From Balanoglossus misakiensis (lineage: Eukaryota > Animalia > Hemichordata), in contig CM082591.2 in the NCBI GenBank assembly GCA_040954595.2, positions 9,315,209 to 9,379,208 of the forward strand: DNA of 64,000 nucleotides, in the 5' to 3' direction. The first letter of the stretch is position 1; each line of letters begins with the position of its first letter. Under the pieces are notes generated by a model. The model did no database searches. It had not been told where the DNA came from and saw only the letters and a program-made list of their open reading frames with translations. Of this stretch, positions 25,047 to 37,187 are shown piece by piece. A program made the translations under genes and the position numbers.

Positions 25047-26030
25047 CTATCTCCGGTCATAGATATGGTGAGCAGGGCGTTCTTCTACTTGTCTGGTCTT
25101 TTCATTCACTTTGTATACCTTCTTCTCTCCGTTTTCATCCGTACACACTAGCTTGTCGTATCGGACATGGGCTTTTAACTTTTCGTTCTCAGCGATGAGG
25201 GATTTCCGATAGTCTAGAAGGATAGATCGAATGACGCGGATTCTCTTGGAAAAATCCTCGCCAATGCTCACACCTGTGCCTTTCAGTTTGGCGGCTCGCT
25301 CTTGGACATGGCTGCGATCCTTAAACTTTGTGAACATTACTACGATGGGCTTGGATCCACGTATAGATGGTGCGTTTGTAATCCTGTGTACACGTTCAAA
25401 CTCCAAGTTTTGAGAAATGTCCAATTGTTTTTTCAAAACGTCTCTCACCTTCTGCTCTGATGTCTCCCAGTTTTCATTGTGGTGTTCCTGTTTTATCCCG
25501 TAGAAAATCAGATTATTTCGGCGTGATCTGTTCTCCAGGTCGTCCTTTTCTTTCTTTAGTTTCTCGGTTTCCTGCGTGAGTTGTTTCACTTCATTTTTTA
25601 GTTCTGTTTGCATTTCTTCTATAGCATTTAACTTACTGTTATTTTCGTCATTGTTCTCTTTCAGTTCGTGGAGTTCGTCTTCCATGCTGTCCATTCTTGC
25701 CTGTAGTTGGTCAAGTTTGTTGTTCATTTGCTTTGTGTCGCTTATTATATCTTCTAATTTCTTCAGGATAGTTGATACATCCTCTTTTGTTGCAACTTGC
25801 TCGTCAGCACTTCGTAATTTTGGTGGACCTGGGTTCTTTTCTACGTCTCCACTAATCACAAGAAGCATTGCCAAGCATATGTTGATTACAAGTGACACCT
25901 GGCTGGAGCGCCACGCTGGCATAACAATGGCCGCCATGTTATTTGGTTTCTTCCGACGGTTCGAGTCGCCTCCACTAAAATGGCCAATTCTTGCTCTGTG
26001 TTGGTTAATATCGATCCCCATGTTCGTCAA
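25047..26030 (-). CDS. LINE ORF1: N-terminal 2A-like peptide, coiled coil, L1-type RRM-like domain
   Basis: LLVISGDVEKNPGP; heptad-rich segment; DLENRSRRNNLIFYGI, ERVHRI, KPIVVMF and IGEDFS are typical L1-like ORF1 motifs. Confidence 0.9.
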   Translation of the reverse strand: MTNMGIDINQHRARIGHFSGGDSNRRKKPNNMAAIVMPAWRSSQVSLVINICLAMLLVISGDVEKNPGPPKLRSADEQVATKEDVSTILKKLEDIISDTKQMNNKLDQLQARMDSMEDELHELKENNDENNSKLNAIEEMQTELKNEVKQLTQETEKLKKEKDDLENRSRRNNLIFYGIKQEHHNENWETSEQKVRDVLKKQLDISQNLEFERVHRITNAPSIRGSKPIVVMFTKFKDRSHVQERAAKLKGTGVSIGEDFSKRIRVIRSILLDYRKSLIAENEKLKAHVRYDKLVCTDENGEKKVYKVNEKTRQVEERPAHHIYDRR

Positions 26031-26174
26031 GTAACGGCTTTGTGGTTCACAAGTCTTTCCGTGGTAATTGGAAGTCCCAATCTACTTTATGGCTTACAAA
26101 ACTTACTTTTTGCAGAGAGCGTGGTCCACCATGACTTCAACGGTATGACCCCCTACACATTTCTCTCTTATATG

Positions 26175-29100
26175 AATTAAGTCAATCTGGAGTAAAAATG
26201 GATGATATCGTGATAATAGTACTTACTTACGCGTTAAAGGTATACAGTCACCTACAATTTATATACGCCCATATATGGCTGAAATTGCCTTTTTGAGGGT
26301 TCTAAAGAATGTATGGTGGCGCTCTTTTTTCTGCGTGTGCCACCCACTGAAAATCTGTGATTGGCTAGATCTCAAGTTTACCATAGTAACTTTAGCTAAA
26401 TTTCCATAGGTGACCGTATACCTTTAATAGGACCATAACCCTAAACATAAGCACACTAATGGTAACAATATGAGTCTCCCTGAAGGGCTGTGCATCTATT
26501 AATTCCTACATTTAATTCACAAATCATTTTGTTCAACAATATATGGGCCTTTCTATCTATGTCATGCCCTGGAGAGACTCTATTTTATGAATGAGCACTT
26601 ACCTGTTCACTAAAATTTGAACAGACCGGTGTTATTCAAAAGTTTGCAAAATAACAATGTACTTCTCAACTCAATTAATTTCTCATCGGCTAGCCAGTAA
26701 ATGATACTGCTTTTAGCTGTTTCAACAGGATTAAGGAATGGACAGTAATGCAAATGTTCAATATAATTTATGAATAAACTGAAATGTGTATTAACTTATG
26801 TTCTTGTTCTGCTACCTCAAGAATGCTGTCTGTTCACAGTAAGTAGTGTTGTTATATTAGTGTAAACTTAGATTTTGCTTTTAAAACAAATGCACTTGAG
26901 AGTAGGACAGTCTCCATGATTTCCAAGATCCAACCGATGCAAATGATACTTTTTGGGCAAAAACTTGCCAAAAAGGCACTTTTATCTTGAACACATCAAT
27001 AACACTGCCTTTTGGGATTTTTTTCACATAGAGTGGGCGTATAATACATTATCAGATCTCCGAAAGTGAAGAAAATATAAACGATTTGAGTGCTTCTAGA
27101 AATGACGTTTTTGGACAAAAAGTGTCAAAAATGGCAATTTTGTCTTGAGTATGGTTATTAAGACTGCCATTTCTGGAATCAGCACCATTTTTTACATAGA
27201 ATGAACATTTCATATATCACATGATCTCTAAACTTTATGAAGAAAAGTTTTTTTTTTTTTTTTTCTAATAATGGCCTTTTAGCCAAAAACTTGCAAAAAA
27301 GCCATTTTTGCATTATGCAGGGTCAATAAATCTGCTTTTTTGGAATAGTCGCCAAATTTGGCATAGGGTGAGCATATACATGTAATACATTATCAGATCT
27401 CCGAAAGTGAAGAAAACATAAGTTTTGAGTGTTTTCTAAAAAGGACGTTGTGGGGCAAAAAGTGGCAAAAATGGCATTTTTTCATTGAGTAGGGTCAATA
27501 AGATTGCTATTTCTGGAATCGGCACCATTTTGTTTACATAGAATGAATATTTTATATATCAAATGATATCTGAATATGAAGTTTTTTTGTAAAAATGACC
27601 TTTTTTGACCTCAAAAAGTGGCAAAAATGGCATTTTTGTATTGATTGAGGTCAAGAAGACTGCTTTATTTTTTTAAGTCACCACTTTTAACATAGAATTG
27701 ACTTTCCATATATCACCAGATAAATCATTATGAAGAAAACCGTGTGTTTTAATTTTTTTCTGAAAATGACGTTTTTTGGGGCAAAAAATGGTTAAAAAGG
27801 CAATTTTGTGTTGTTTTGGGTCAATTGAACTACTTTTATCGTAATATTCACCAAATTTTACATAGAATAAGCATATCATATGTCATCAGATCTCAGAATG
27901 TGACGAAAACAAAGTGTTTTTAGTGTTTTCTGAAAATGACCTGTTTTGGGTTAAAAATGGCCAAAATGGCAATTTTGTCTTGAGTGGGGTCAATAAGACT
28001 GACTTTTTTGGAATCAGCACCATTTGTTACATAGAATGAACTTCTCAAACCTTCCTTACCAAAAATTCTGATTAACGGCACCTATCTCCTAGCGTAGTAA
28101 GAACACCAAGTTCAACTACTATTACTAATATCTAAATATAGTGTACAGTTCATGGGTCTATAAAGACTGTGACAGCGTTTTACTATTACATTTCAGGTAA
28201 AGCGAAGACCATGTCAGACTGTTTGAAGGCTTTGTTTACCATCTATTTATTCTGCCACAAAATCAAGGTATTAAAGGCTGATGGTGTAGATTTTTCTAAA
28301 GCATCTTTATGTCCTTGAATCCCATAATGGAATTGTAGAACATGCTAGAGAGGACCACTGTCATGTGCTGGAGAGAATAGCTTCCTGTGTCCGTGCTGGT
28401 ATGATACCCAACATTGATGTCAGAAAATTTGTTGAAGCACTCCAGGTGTGTAAATATATGTACATTCATTTTCTTTAATAAACATTGACAAACTCATGTA
28501 ATTTGAATCTTGCACTTTGTGTCAGACCTTCCCTGTGATGCAATGCATGTCAAATGCAATGACCCATTTTGTTGTTTAAGGCAATTATCATATTTCCATT
28601 CAGTGGGGTTGGCCATAAGCAGTGAATGAAACTTAAAAGGGAGAATTACTAATTTTGACATTTTCATTTGTTTCCTAATATTTTCAAAATCCTTTTAAGT
28701 CAATTAAGTCAATCTGGAGTAAAAATGGATGATATCGTGATAATAGTACTTACTTACGCGTTAAAGGTATACAGTCACCTACAATTTATATACGCCCATA
28801 TATGGCTGAAATTGCCTTTTTGAGGGTTCTAAAGAACGTATGGTGGCGCTCTTTTTTCTGCGTGTGCCACCCACTGAAAATCAGTGATTGGCTAGATCTC
28901 AAGTTTACCATAGTAACTTTAGCTAAATTTCCATAGGTGACCGTATACCTTTAATAGGACCATAACCCTAAACATAAGCACACTAATGGTAACAATATGA
29001 GTCTCCCTGAAGGGCTGTGCATCTATTAATTCCTACATTTAATTCACAAATCATTTTGTTCAACAATATATGGGCCTTTCTATCTATGTCATGCTCTGGA

Positions 29101-31225
29101 GAGACTCTATTTTATGAATGAGCACTTACCTGTTCACTAAAATTTGAACAGACCGGTGTTATTCAAAAGTTTGCAAAATAACAATGTACTTCTCAACTCA
29201 ATTAATTTCTCATCGGCTAGCCAGTAAATGATACTGCTTTTAGCTGTTTCAACAGGATTAAGGAATGGACAGTAATGCAAATGTTCAATATAATTTATGA
29301 ATAAACTGAAATGTGTATTAACTTATGTTCTTGTTCTGCTACCTCAAGAATGCTGTCTGTTCACAGTAAGTAGTGTTGTTATATTAGTGTAAACTTAGAT
29401 TTTGCTTTTAAAACAAATGCACTTGAGAGTAGGACAGTCTCCATGATTTCCAAGATCCAACCGATGCAAATGATACTTTTTGGGCAAAAACTTGCCAAAA
29501 AGGCACTTTTATCTTGAACACATCAATAAAACTGCCTTTTGGGATTTTTTTCACATAGAGTGGGCGTATAATACATTATCAGATCTCCGAAAGTGAAGAA
29601 AATATAAACGATTTGAGTGCTTCTAGAAATGACGTTTTTGGACAAAAAGTGTCAAAAATGGCAATTTTGTCTTGAGTATGGTTATTAAGACTGCCATTTC
29701 TGGAATCAGCACCATTTTTTACATAGAATGAACATTTCATATATCACATAATCTCTAAACTTTATGAAGAAAAGTTTGTTTTTATTTTTTTTTCTAATAA
29801 TGGCCTTTTAGCCAAAAACTTGCAAAAAAGCCATTTTTGCATTATGCAGGGTCAATAAATCTGCTTTTTTGGAATAGTCGCCAAATTTTGCATAGGGTGA
29901 GCATATACATGTAATACATTATCAGATCTCCGAAAGTGAAGAAAACATATAAGTTTTGAGTGTTTTCTAAAAAGGACGTTGTGGGGCAAAAAGTGGCAAA
30001 AATGGCATTTTTTCATTGAGTAGGGTCAATAAGATTGCTATTTCTGGAATCGGCACCATTTTGTTTACATAGAATGAATATTTTATATATCAAATGATAT
30101 CTGAATATGAAGTTTTTTTGTAAAAATGACCTTTTTTGACCTCAAAAGTGGCAAAAATGGCATTTTTGTATTGATTGAGGTCAAGAAGACTGCTTTATTT
30201 TTTTAAGTCACCACTTTTAACATAGAATTGACTTTCCATATATCACCAGATAAATCATTATGAAGAAAACCGTGTGTTTTAATTTTTTTCTGAAAATGAC
30301 GTTTTTTGGGGCAAAAAATGGTTAAAAAGGCAATTTTGTGTTGTTTTGGGTCAATTGAACTACTTTTATCGTAATATTCACCAAATTTTACATAGAATAA
30401 GCATATCATATGTCATCAGATCTCAGAATGTGACGAAAACAAAGTGTTTTTAGTGTTTTCTGAAAATGACCTGTTTTGGGTTTAAAATGGCCAAAATGGC
30501 AATTTTGTCTTGAGTGGGGTCAATAAGACTGACTTTTTTGGAATCAGCACCATTTGTTACATAGAATGAACTTCTCAAACCTTCCTTACCAAAAATTCTG
30601 ATTAACGGCACCTATCTCCTAGCGTAGTAAGAACACCAAGTTCAACTACTATTACTAATATCTAAATATAGTGTACAGTTCATGGGTCTATAAAGACTGT
30701 GACAGCGTTTTACTATTACATTTCAGGTAAACCGGAGACCATGTCAGACTGTTTGAAGGCTTTGTTTACCATCTATTTATTCTGCCACAAAATCAAGGTA
30801 TTAAAGGCTGATGGTGTAGATTTTTCTAAAGCATCTTTATGTCCTTGAATCCCATACTGGAATTGTAGAACATGCTAGAGAGGACCACTGTCATGTGCTG
30901 GAGAGAATAGCTTCCTGTGTCCGTGCTGGTACGATACCCAACATTGATGTCAGAAAATTTGTTGAAGCACTCCAGGTGTGTAAATATATTTACATTCATT
31001 TTCTTTAATAAACATTGACAAACTCATGTAATTTGAATCTTGCACTTTGTGTCAGACCTTCCCTGTGATGCAATGCATGTCAAATGCAATGACCCATTTT
31101 GTTGTTTAAGGCAATTATCATATTTCCATTCAGTGGGGTTGGCCATAAGCAGTGAATAAAACTTAAAAGGGAGAATTACTAATTTTGACATTTTCATTTG
31201 TTTCCTAATATTTTCAAAATCCTTT
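26175..31225. repeat. Tandem duplication 2 (~2.52 kb): 26175-28695 and 28702-31225
   Basis: Near-identical copies with private SNPs/indels; junction reads TTAAGTCAA-TTAAGTCAA (28695-28712). Confidence 0.9.
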
Positions 31226-32460
31226 ATGCAATGCAGTAACCGCACTTTGAATACAGAACAAACAAATAATACACTGGAACTGCACATTTTTGTTTAACTA
31301 CTCAGAAATTAAATTCTGTGTCTATTTTGTGATAGGACTTACATACACGGGTATGAAGAAGAAGGCAGATTTGTCAAACTTGTCAGCAAATGGCACAAAG
31401 CAGCAGATGGCAGAGGGATTACTACAGAAGAAAGGAGGAAGTTCAAAAAAGATATGTTGAACTCCATCTTGGATGACTGGATGCCCTGGCATCATTACAA
31501 TCCTGATTACAGTACTATTGATCCCCTTAGGTATGTCAAAAAGCCAGCAAGTCAATAATGACTGTCTTTTATTCTGCAAATATCCTCTCTTTTCTAAACA
31601 GGTCTGATATTCTGTGCTGGTTCCATAGTCCTCGTTACCAAACTGTTACTGGGTTGATATTTCAGAGAAGTGCTTTTGCTTGCATAAATGCCTAGTGGTT
31701 GATAACTACATGTAATTCTTTACAGACCAATCAAGGGTTTATGTGGGTTGACGAGATTATAGTTGCTTTGATTGCCAACATTGAAAGTGCAGAATTGAGA
31801 CGTCGTCAAGGAGGGCTGCCAGAACATCCTAAAGCTAGTACGACAGATGATGTGGAGGGATTTATTTCTCTCATTCATTCAATGCTGGGTCCAGTCTTTT
31901 CACCGCAAGACTTTCCGTGATAATTACAAGTAAGCAATTACCTAAATTAGTGATATATGTTGACCAGTCATCAGTCACAATGCCGACCTGAACACATCAT
32001 GTTACTGGCTATAATGAATATAATTACCAAAATACATATTCATATGCAAATGACTGGTGCCATGACAGTTATGTCCAACTATCACAAAACTTGTCACATT
32101 ACTGCTGAGGGCACTGTATACTATTATTACATTCATTTATGACAGGAGGTCATTTTAATGCACTCTCCTATACATATTATTTTTCCAGAAAAATATGAAA
32201 TGAATTTACGAAAAGAGTGGACCCAGATTTACCATAGTACTACTGGACCGTGAGTGATACACGCTTCAACTTAGGACCATTGCCTTCATTCAACCATCCC
32301 TCAGGTGAAGTGGAAAGGCTTGATAGAGTCCAGATTCGAAGGAGAGCCGATCCTGCTGTTTTTCATGCCAACAGGGCATCAGTGCCACAAAGAGGGTCGC
32401 TAACAGTGCGGGCACAATTTTTTCAGGCCCCAGAATGTCTACCCCCAATTGTGGCTGCCT
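28197..32460 (+). pseudogene. Spliced, decayed divergent P-element/THAP9-like transposase (exons 28197-28445 [dup 30727-30975], 31336-31530, 31726-31929, 32189-~32460)
   Basis: AG/GT-bounded exons give GVDFSK/HLYV..EHAREDHCHVLERI, KWHKAADGRG..LDDWMPWH, IVALIANIESAE..PEHPKASTTDDVEGFIS..G and EFTKRVDPDLP. DxxH and D-x-x-E-x-F resemble P-superfamily catalytic motifs. Several frameshifts and stops. Confidence 0.55.
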
Positions 32461-33897
32461 TAAATAGGTTTTCACTTTGCGCTAGGGGGTCAAATCACAT
32501 TGCATTCTGGTCGAAAAGTCGACAACCCACTGTAGTAAGAGATAGAAGAAATGATATGTTTACTGTATTTCATGACTTCCTTGGGTCAAACATGTCTGTC
32601 TTTGTAGTTACCATATTAATCTCAATAAACTTTTTTAACATTTGGTTATTTTTTATGTTAAAAAGTTTCAGAATGACCCATCATCACTTTAGCTTATGAA
32701 CTCCTATTCCTTAAACATGGTAAAAATCGGCCATCTTGAAATTGTGTCGACCATGTGAGATTTTTATCACCCACCTAGGCAGCCCAAAACCTATTTAATG
32801 TCAGGAGAATTCCATGACCTGGGTGCATGTCCTTATTTAACAGAATCGCTCTGACCAAAGCAAAAAATTTCAGGTCATAATTTTTTCTATTTCAGATTAT
32901 AATTTTTAGATATTGGTCTCATCAAAAACACCCCTAGACATCTTAGATGTTGTACCTTGGTGTTTGTATGTTATATTGTAGTTGATGATCAATTTATTGT
33001 GTACTGTTATTTTTGAAAGAAAAATCAACATTCAGGATCAGTTGAAATGCTTTGACAATTTCTCCCTTTTTCTATTACATCCATATCCTGTCATGTGCTG
33101 ACTCGACTGTAGTATTTTAAATTTGGCAAAATACATGAATGAACTGTTAAAATAAACGGTTTTACCATATACTTTCCCCAGTTAATGGAAGCAAATATGT
33201 GTCACAATTTTAAACAGCATATTTTATAAATAAATGCCAGTACTAGTCAATGCTCTCTGGTCCATCATTGAGGCAGTAGTATCAAGCTGTCTCCTCCTGT
33301 CATGATAGTCTTTTTCCTGTCTCACTTTGATTTTCTTTTACAGTACAAAATTCCTTATAAGTTTCTGTAACCCAAACTATAGAAGACTAATGGTTATTCT
33401 ACACAGCGAACAAAGTGGCAATTTATGCTAATTATCAAAGCTACTGTTAAATGTGTACATGGTGTGTAAATGGCAAGGTCTGGTTCACTGAGCTGTAGGT
33501 AACACACATGTAATGCTAGGCACCTCAACGAGCATCAATCATATAAAGAAAACTTCACACATTTTGTATTTTGTTCAAATCATTTAATTAGGCAAAACCA
33601 AAATAATATATACATGTACAGTTATAAGTTAAATTGATCCAGTATTGGACCCAAAATGGGTACAAAATATATACACATAGTCGCATAATGATGACCCTCT
33701 TCTTGTCAAGTTGGCGGCATTGTAGGTGAGGGAAGGACAAATTTTTCATGAGTAGAACAAAATGTGTTCACAAACTATTCACACAAGGTCTACTTTGTTA
33801 ATGGACTGGAAATTTCCTTGAATGTGCCAAAAGTAATTTGAAAATGCACCCTTTTAAAAAATTCCCAACTCCTCCAGAAGTGTTTTTGAATTGAGTC

Positions 33898-36492
33898 TTA
33901 GAGCACTTTTTTACTTTTCATGAAAACAAATTCCTCCCACATGCTGTGTATTTTGGTTATAGTTATCTTCACGTAAAACCCAAATAACACCCATGTTGTC
34001 CTAAACCTGATGTGATCAACAGATACTGAAAGTTTGCCTTCCGTTAAGGGTTTGTGAACATATTTTGTTAATTCACTTGGTATAAAGCCAATATGTTGCC
34101 ATCCATTGCCCACATCCAAGTCGACTGCAATTGCATTCTTGTATAGTTTGTTTGTAAGATCTGGCCATAAGCATGCTTTAACAGGAAGCTTCTGATCATA
34201 GAGTCTAATGTAGCCACGCTCAAGAATTTCCTGTCTTCTCCTGTCATGACATACCCCTAACACCTTGAATGGCACACTGTGTTCAATATTATTGGGATCA
34301 TCTTCATCATCAATGTTATTAATTCTTCCTATACTAGCAGTGTCACTACTAACACTGGAAATAGACATTAACTCAAGAGAATCAGCTAGTGAATTTGTGT
34401 TGTCATTTTCAATAGTCCACTTCCACAACATTAAACAGGATCTACCATTGATATTAACAAGACAACAATCACTCTTGGAACTCTTTATCAGTGATGCCAT
34501 GTTAAAAACATTGAGTCTTTCATCTGAGAGTTTAATTACACCATGTGACATGTCAGCAAATGGAGAAGACTGGGGTGCGATGATCTTCACAATACGTAAA
34601 CTAAGTGTAATAACAGGACAGCATGGCAATGTCCAATCCAAAGCGTCTTCCAGTCCCGTTACTTTGATTTCAAAATTCACAGACTGAAAAAGAGTGTACA
34701 GAATACATGCTGTATTAAGTCTACATTACATGTAACTTTGGGCTATTTAATTGTCCCTTTCTGTTCAGTATGTCAACTGTAGTTTCTTGTTCAACACTCC
34801 ACAATAGAAAGAAAGACAAAGTAGCTAGCAAATATGTGTGAAATTTACAAAGTCAAAGGCTGCATAATTTTGCATGTCGATTATATATGCATGTACATGC
34901 ATGGCAGTTATCAAGCATGTACATCATGCTTAAGCATGTACATGTATGAAGCAAGATCAAGTATGTATATGCAAATATTTTTCCAGCAATGTACAGGTTT
35001 ATGATTAAGCATGTATATGAAAATGTTCTTAGCATGTACATGCTTATTGTACAATCTCATTTAAATAATTCGGCCTATATACATGTCACATGCTTGTAAA
35101 GTCCATAGATGATTGCAGAAAGCATGTACAGTCTTAACGTACAAATTACCAGTCAAGTAACATGTACAGGCTAATACCTGACCACTAAATACATGCTTAA
35201 AACAGGCATGCGAGTTTTGTTAGGGATGACATACATGTACTGTCTTTGTAAGCAAAATCAAAAAATGTTTAGACTAATGAAACTTTAGCTGCTCCATAAA
35301 CAATGACATCAGAGTCTTCTGTCATGACGCCATAAACTTTGCCACAAATAGGCCATCTGGGCATCTGCCTCATATGGTGCAACTATGTAGTCAATGTTAT
35401 GTTCACCAAGACTCTATAAAAACAAATAAATGCGACATAAATACTCTGTGAAAATGTGTAGCAATACTGTGATTTTAACAATGATACACTTATTGTTGAA
35501 AGTTAGCCATTTATTTTTTATAAACAACTAGTTGTCAAAGCAATATGAAATATTTTTACCTTGCTTACTTTTTGTACCATTGCTTCGGTGATTTTGGCAC
35601 TGGCAAGAAAATGTCTCTGGGAGTCGCAGTAGTTTTTCTGCTCCCAATTTCTGTAATGAAAGTTCACGTTGCCTGGGGAAAGCATAGAAATCAGTTAGTG
35701 AATTGACATAAGACACCACACTTAAGAAATATATACAACAGCAGCACATCAGTGAAATTGGACATTTTGATGCAAAAACGAATCTCTTTACCTTTTTATG
35801 TTTGTTATTTTTGATTTGCTTGGGGGAATATGATTAGCCAGCAAACACAACCAGTGGCTTGATTCCGAGGTTTTTAAAATTCAGAACCACCTTTAGGAAA
35901 TATTTTATGTATCTAGTGTAACCAAAAAATGTTAAAAAATAACATTGTACATAAAAAAATAATGACATAATAACAAGCTACAAAATTACCAGACAGTGAT
36001 TCTTGACATGAGGAAAACCCTCTGCAGTAACTCTGTCACTAGACAGTGATTAACATAACAATGACAAAGTGTGGCTTATATTTGCACTCCAATAAACAAC
36101 CAACATCTTTCTATACAATTTCTGTGTTGACCAAGACGTTCACATTTCAGTTATAATCTCCCAAATGGCGGTTTTCCACCAACGTTTGGGGGATTACTAC
36201 CTACAACGCTGGCCTGGTTTGGCATGATTAACAATGGTCCCACATAATAAATTAAAAGCAAATCATAATGACAAATGTATAAACAAATAAAAATTTAATT
36301 CAATAAAGATATATTAAAAATATAATTGTACCTGTCTGTTGGCAAGTTCATTGCTAGCTCTCTTGCACAGCCACAGGAACCTTTATGCAAAAGCATGGAA
36401 GCGTCCACTGCCAGTGTCTTTCCACTAAATTTCTGCAGCTGCACATGACCTGTTGCCGTATTTATTTGGCTGTATAGGTTCTTAATCCCCAT
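33898..36492 (-). pseudogene. EXO1-like XPG/FEN-family nuclease exons (36492-36332, 35912-35792, 35672-35560, 35413-35284) followed by a HIRAN-like-domain exon (34683-33898)
   Basis: XPG-N: MGIKNL..GKTLAVDASMLLHKG..CARELAMNLPTDR and GIKPLVVFAG*. XPG-I: IVAPYEADAQMAYL and VMTEDSDVIVYG. Terminal exon VPFKVLGV..PDLTNKLYKNAIAV..IGFIPSEL is HIRAN-like. In-frame stop and frameshifts present. Confidence 0.75.
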
Positions 36493-36544
36493 CGCGTATT
36501 TCGACCTATGTACACAAGTTATTATTATTAATATTATTACTACT

Positions 36545-36800
36545 CCTATAGGTGGTGTTGTGGTTGATTTGCAATGTGGAAGCCTCAGGCCAAGCAAGAT
36601 GCCACAAGGTATACTGGCAGTCATTTCTATGGAAAATGCATGATGCTTGAGTTGAAGCATCGACATGAATATCAGTGATGGCCTGGGGTCAATGAATTTG
36701 TGTGTACCATTGAAGTATGTCAGGTAATTCAGCCACCATTCTATGTCAAGTTGGAAGTCGCAGGAAAGAAGCACTTTGTGGGACGGAGACGGAGATGTGA
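36545..36800 (-). pseudogene. Decayed DIRS/Ngaro RT-RNase H fragment
   Basis: LSCDFQLDIEWWLNYLTYFNG then (frameshifted) VDAS, paralleling LTKPFRQDIAWWKAFMRQYNG...TDAC of the intact element at 42000-42130. Confidence 0.6.
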
Positions 36801-37187
36801 AGCAAGTTCTGGCTGGTGTTGTCAGGAAGTAAGACAAAGGTGTAGATGTTGTTGGAGTGTTAGTGTTCATGCTTGTAGCATATGAGAATGGACTTACTTT
36901 TAAATGCGTTGTTACAGGTACACTGGCTTGTTCAGCTTCGGAGATTGTACAAACAGTAGGTAGTTGAGCTTGCAGCAGTTAGATACACGGCAGGCCTGGA
37001 TACACACACCATAGACCCCAGAGACTCTTCGGTCTATGCACAGACATACACGGCAGGCATACAAGGGAAGCGCATATAACCGGAAGTGAACGGGCTGATG
37101 TCTCGCAAGAGAATGAAAGCCTGAGGCTGATATGGTTACGATTCACCGCTAGAGGGCGTTTGCGTTGCAGACACCGCCTGCACGTAC

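Larger units (their letters stand above)
21473..26172 (-). mobile_element. Full-length, apparently intact non-LTR retrotransposon (RTEX-like LINE)
   Basis: Two intact ORFs. Perfect 10-bp TSD TGAATTAAGT (21463-21472 and 26173-26182); the empty site is visible at 18812-18821. The 3' end has a GGCC-GGA-GGCC stem-loop, AATAAA and a short TACTTACTCT tail. Confidence 0.95.
17614..27614. repeat. Tandem duplication 1 (~2.64 kb): copy A 17614-20258; copy B 20254-21472 + 26183-27614, split by the LINE
   Basis: Near-identical sequence in both copies; junction microhomology TCAAA at 20254-20258. Confidence 0.9.

Noticed and set aside
23565-26034. Plus-strand ORFs overlapping the LINE, and antisense/alternate-frame ORFs in the Ngaro element
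   Set aside because: Shadows of the real ORFs with no recognisable motifs.
35284-36492. Functional host EXO1 gene
   Set aside because: In-frame stop, frameshifts, VFDG changed to VFAG, and missing downstream EXO1 exons. No gene symbol assigned.
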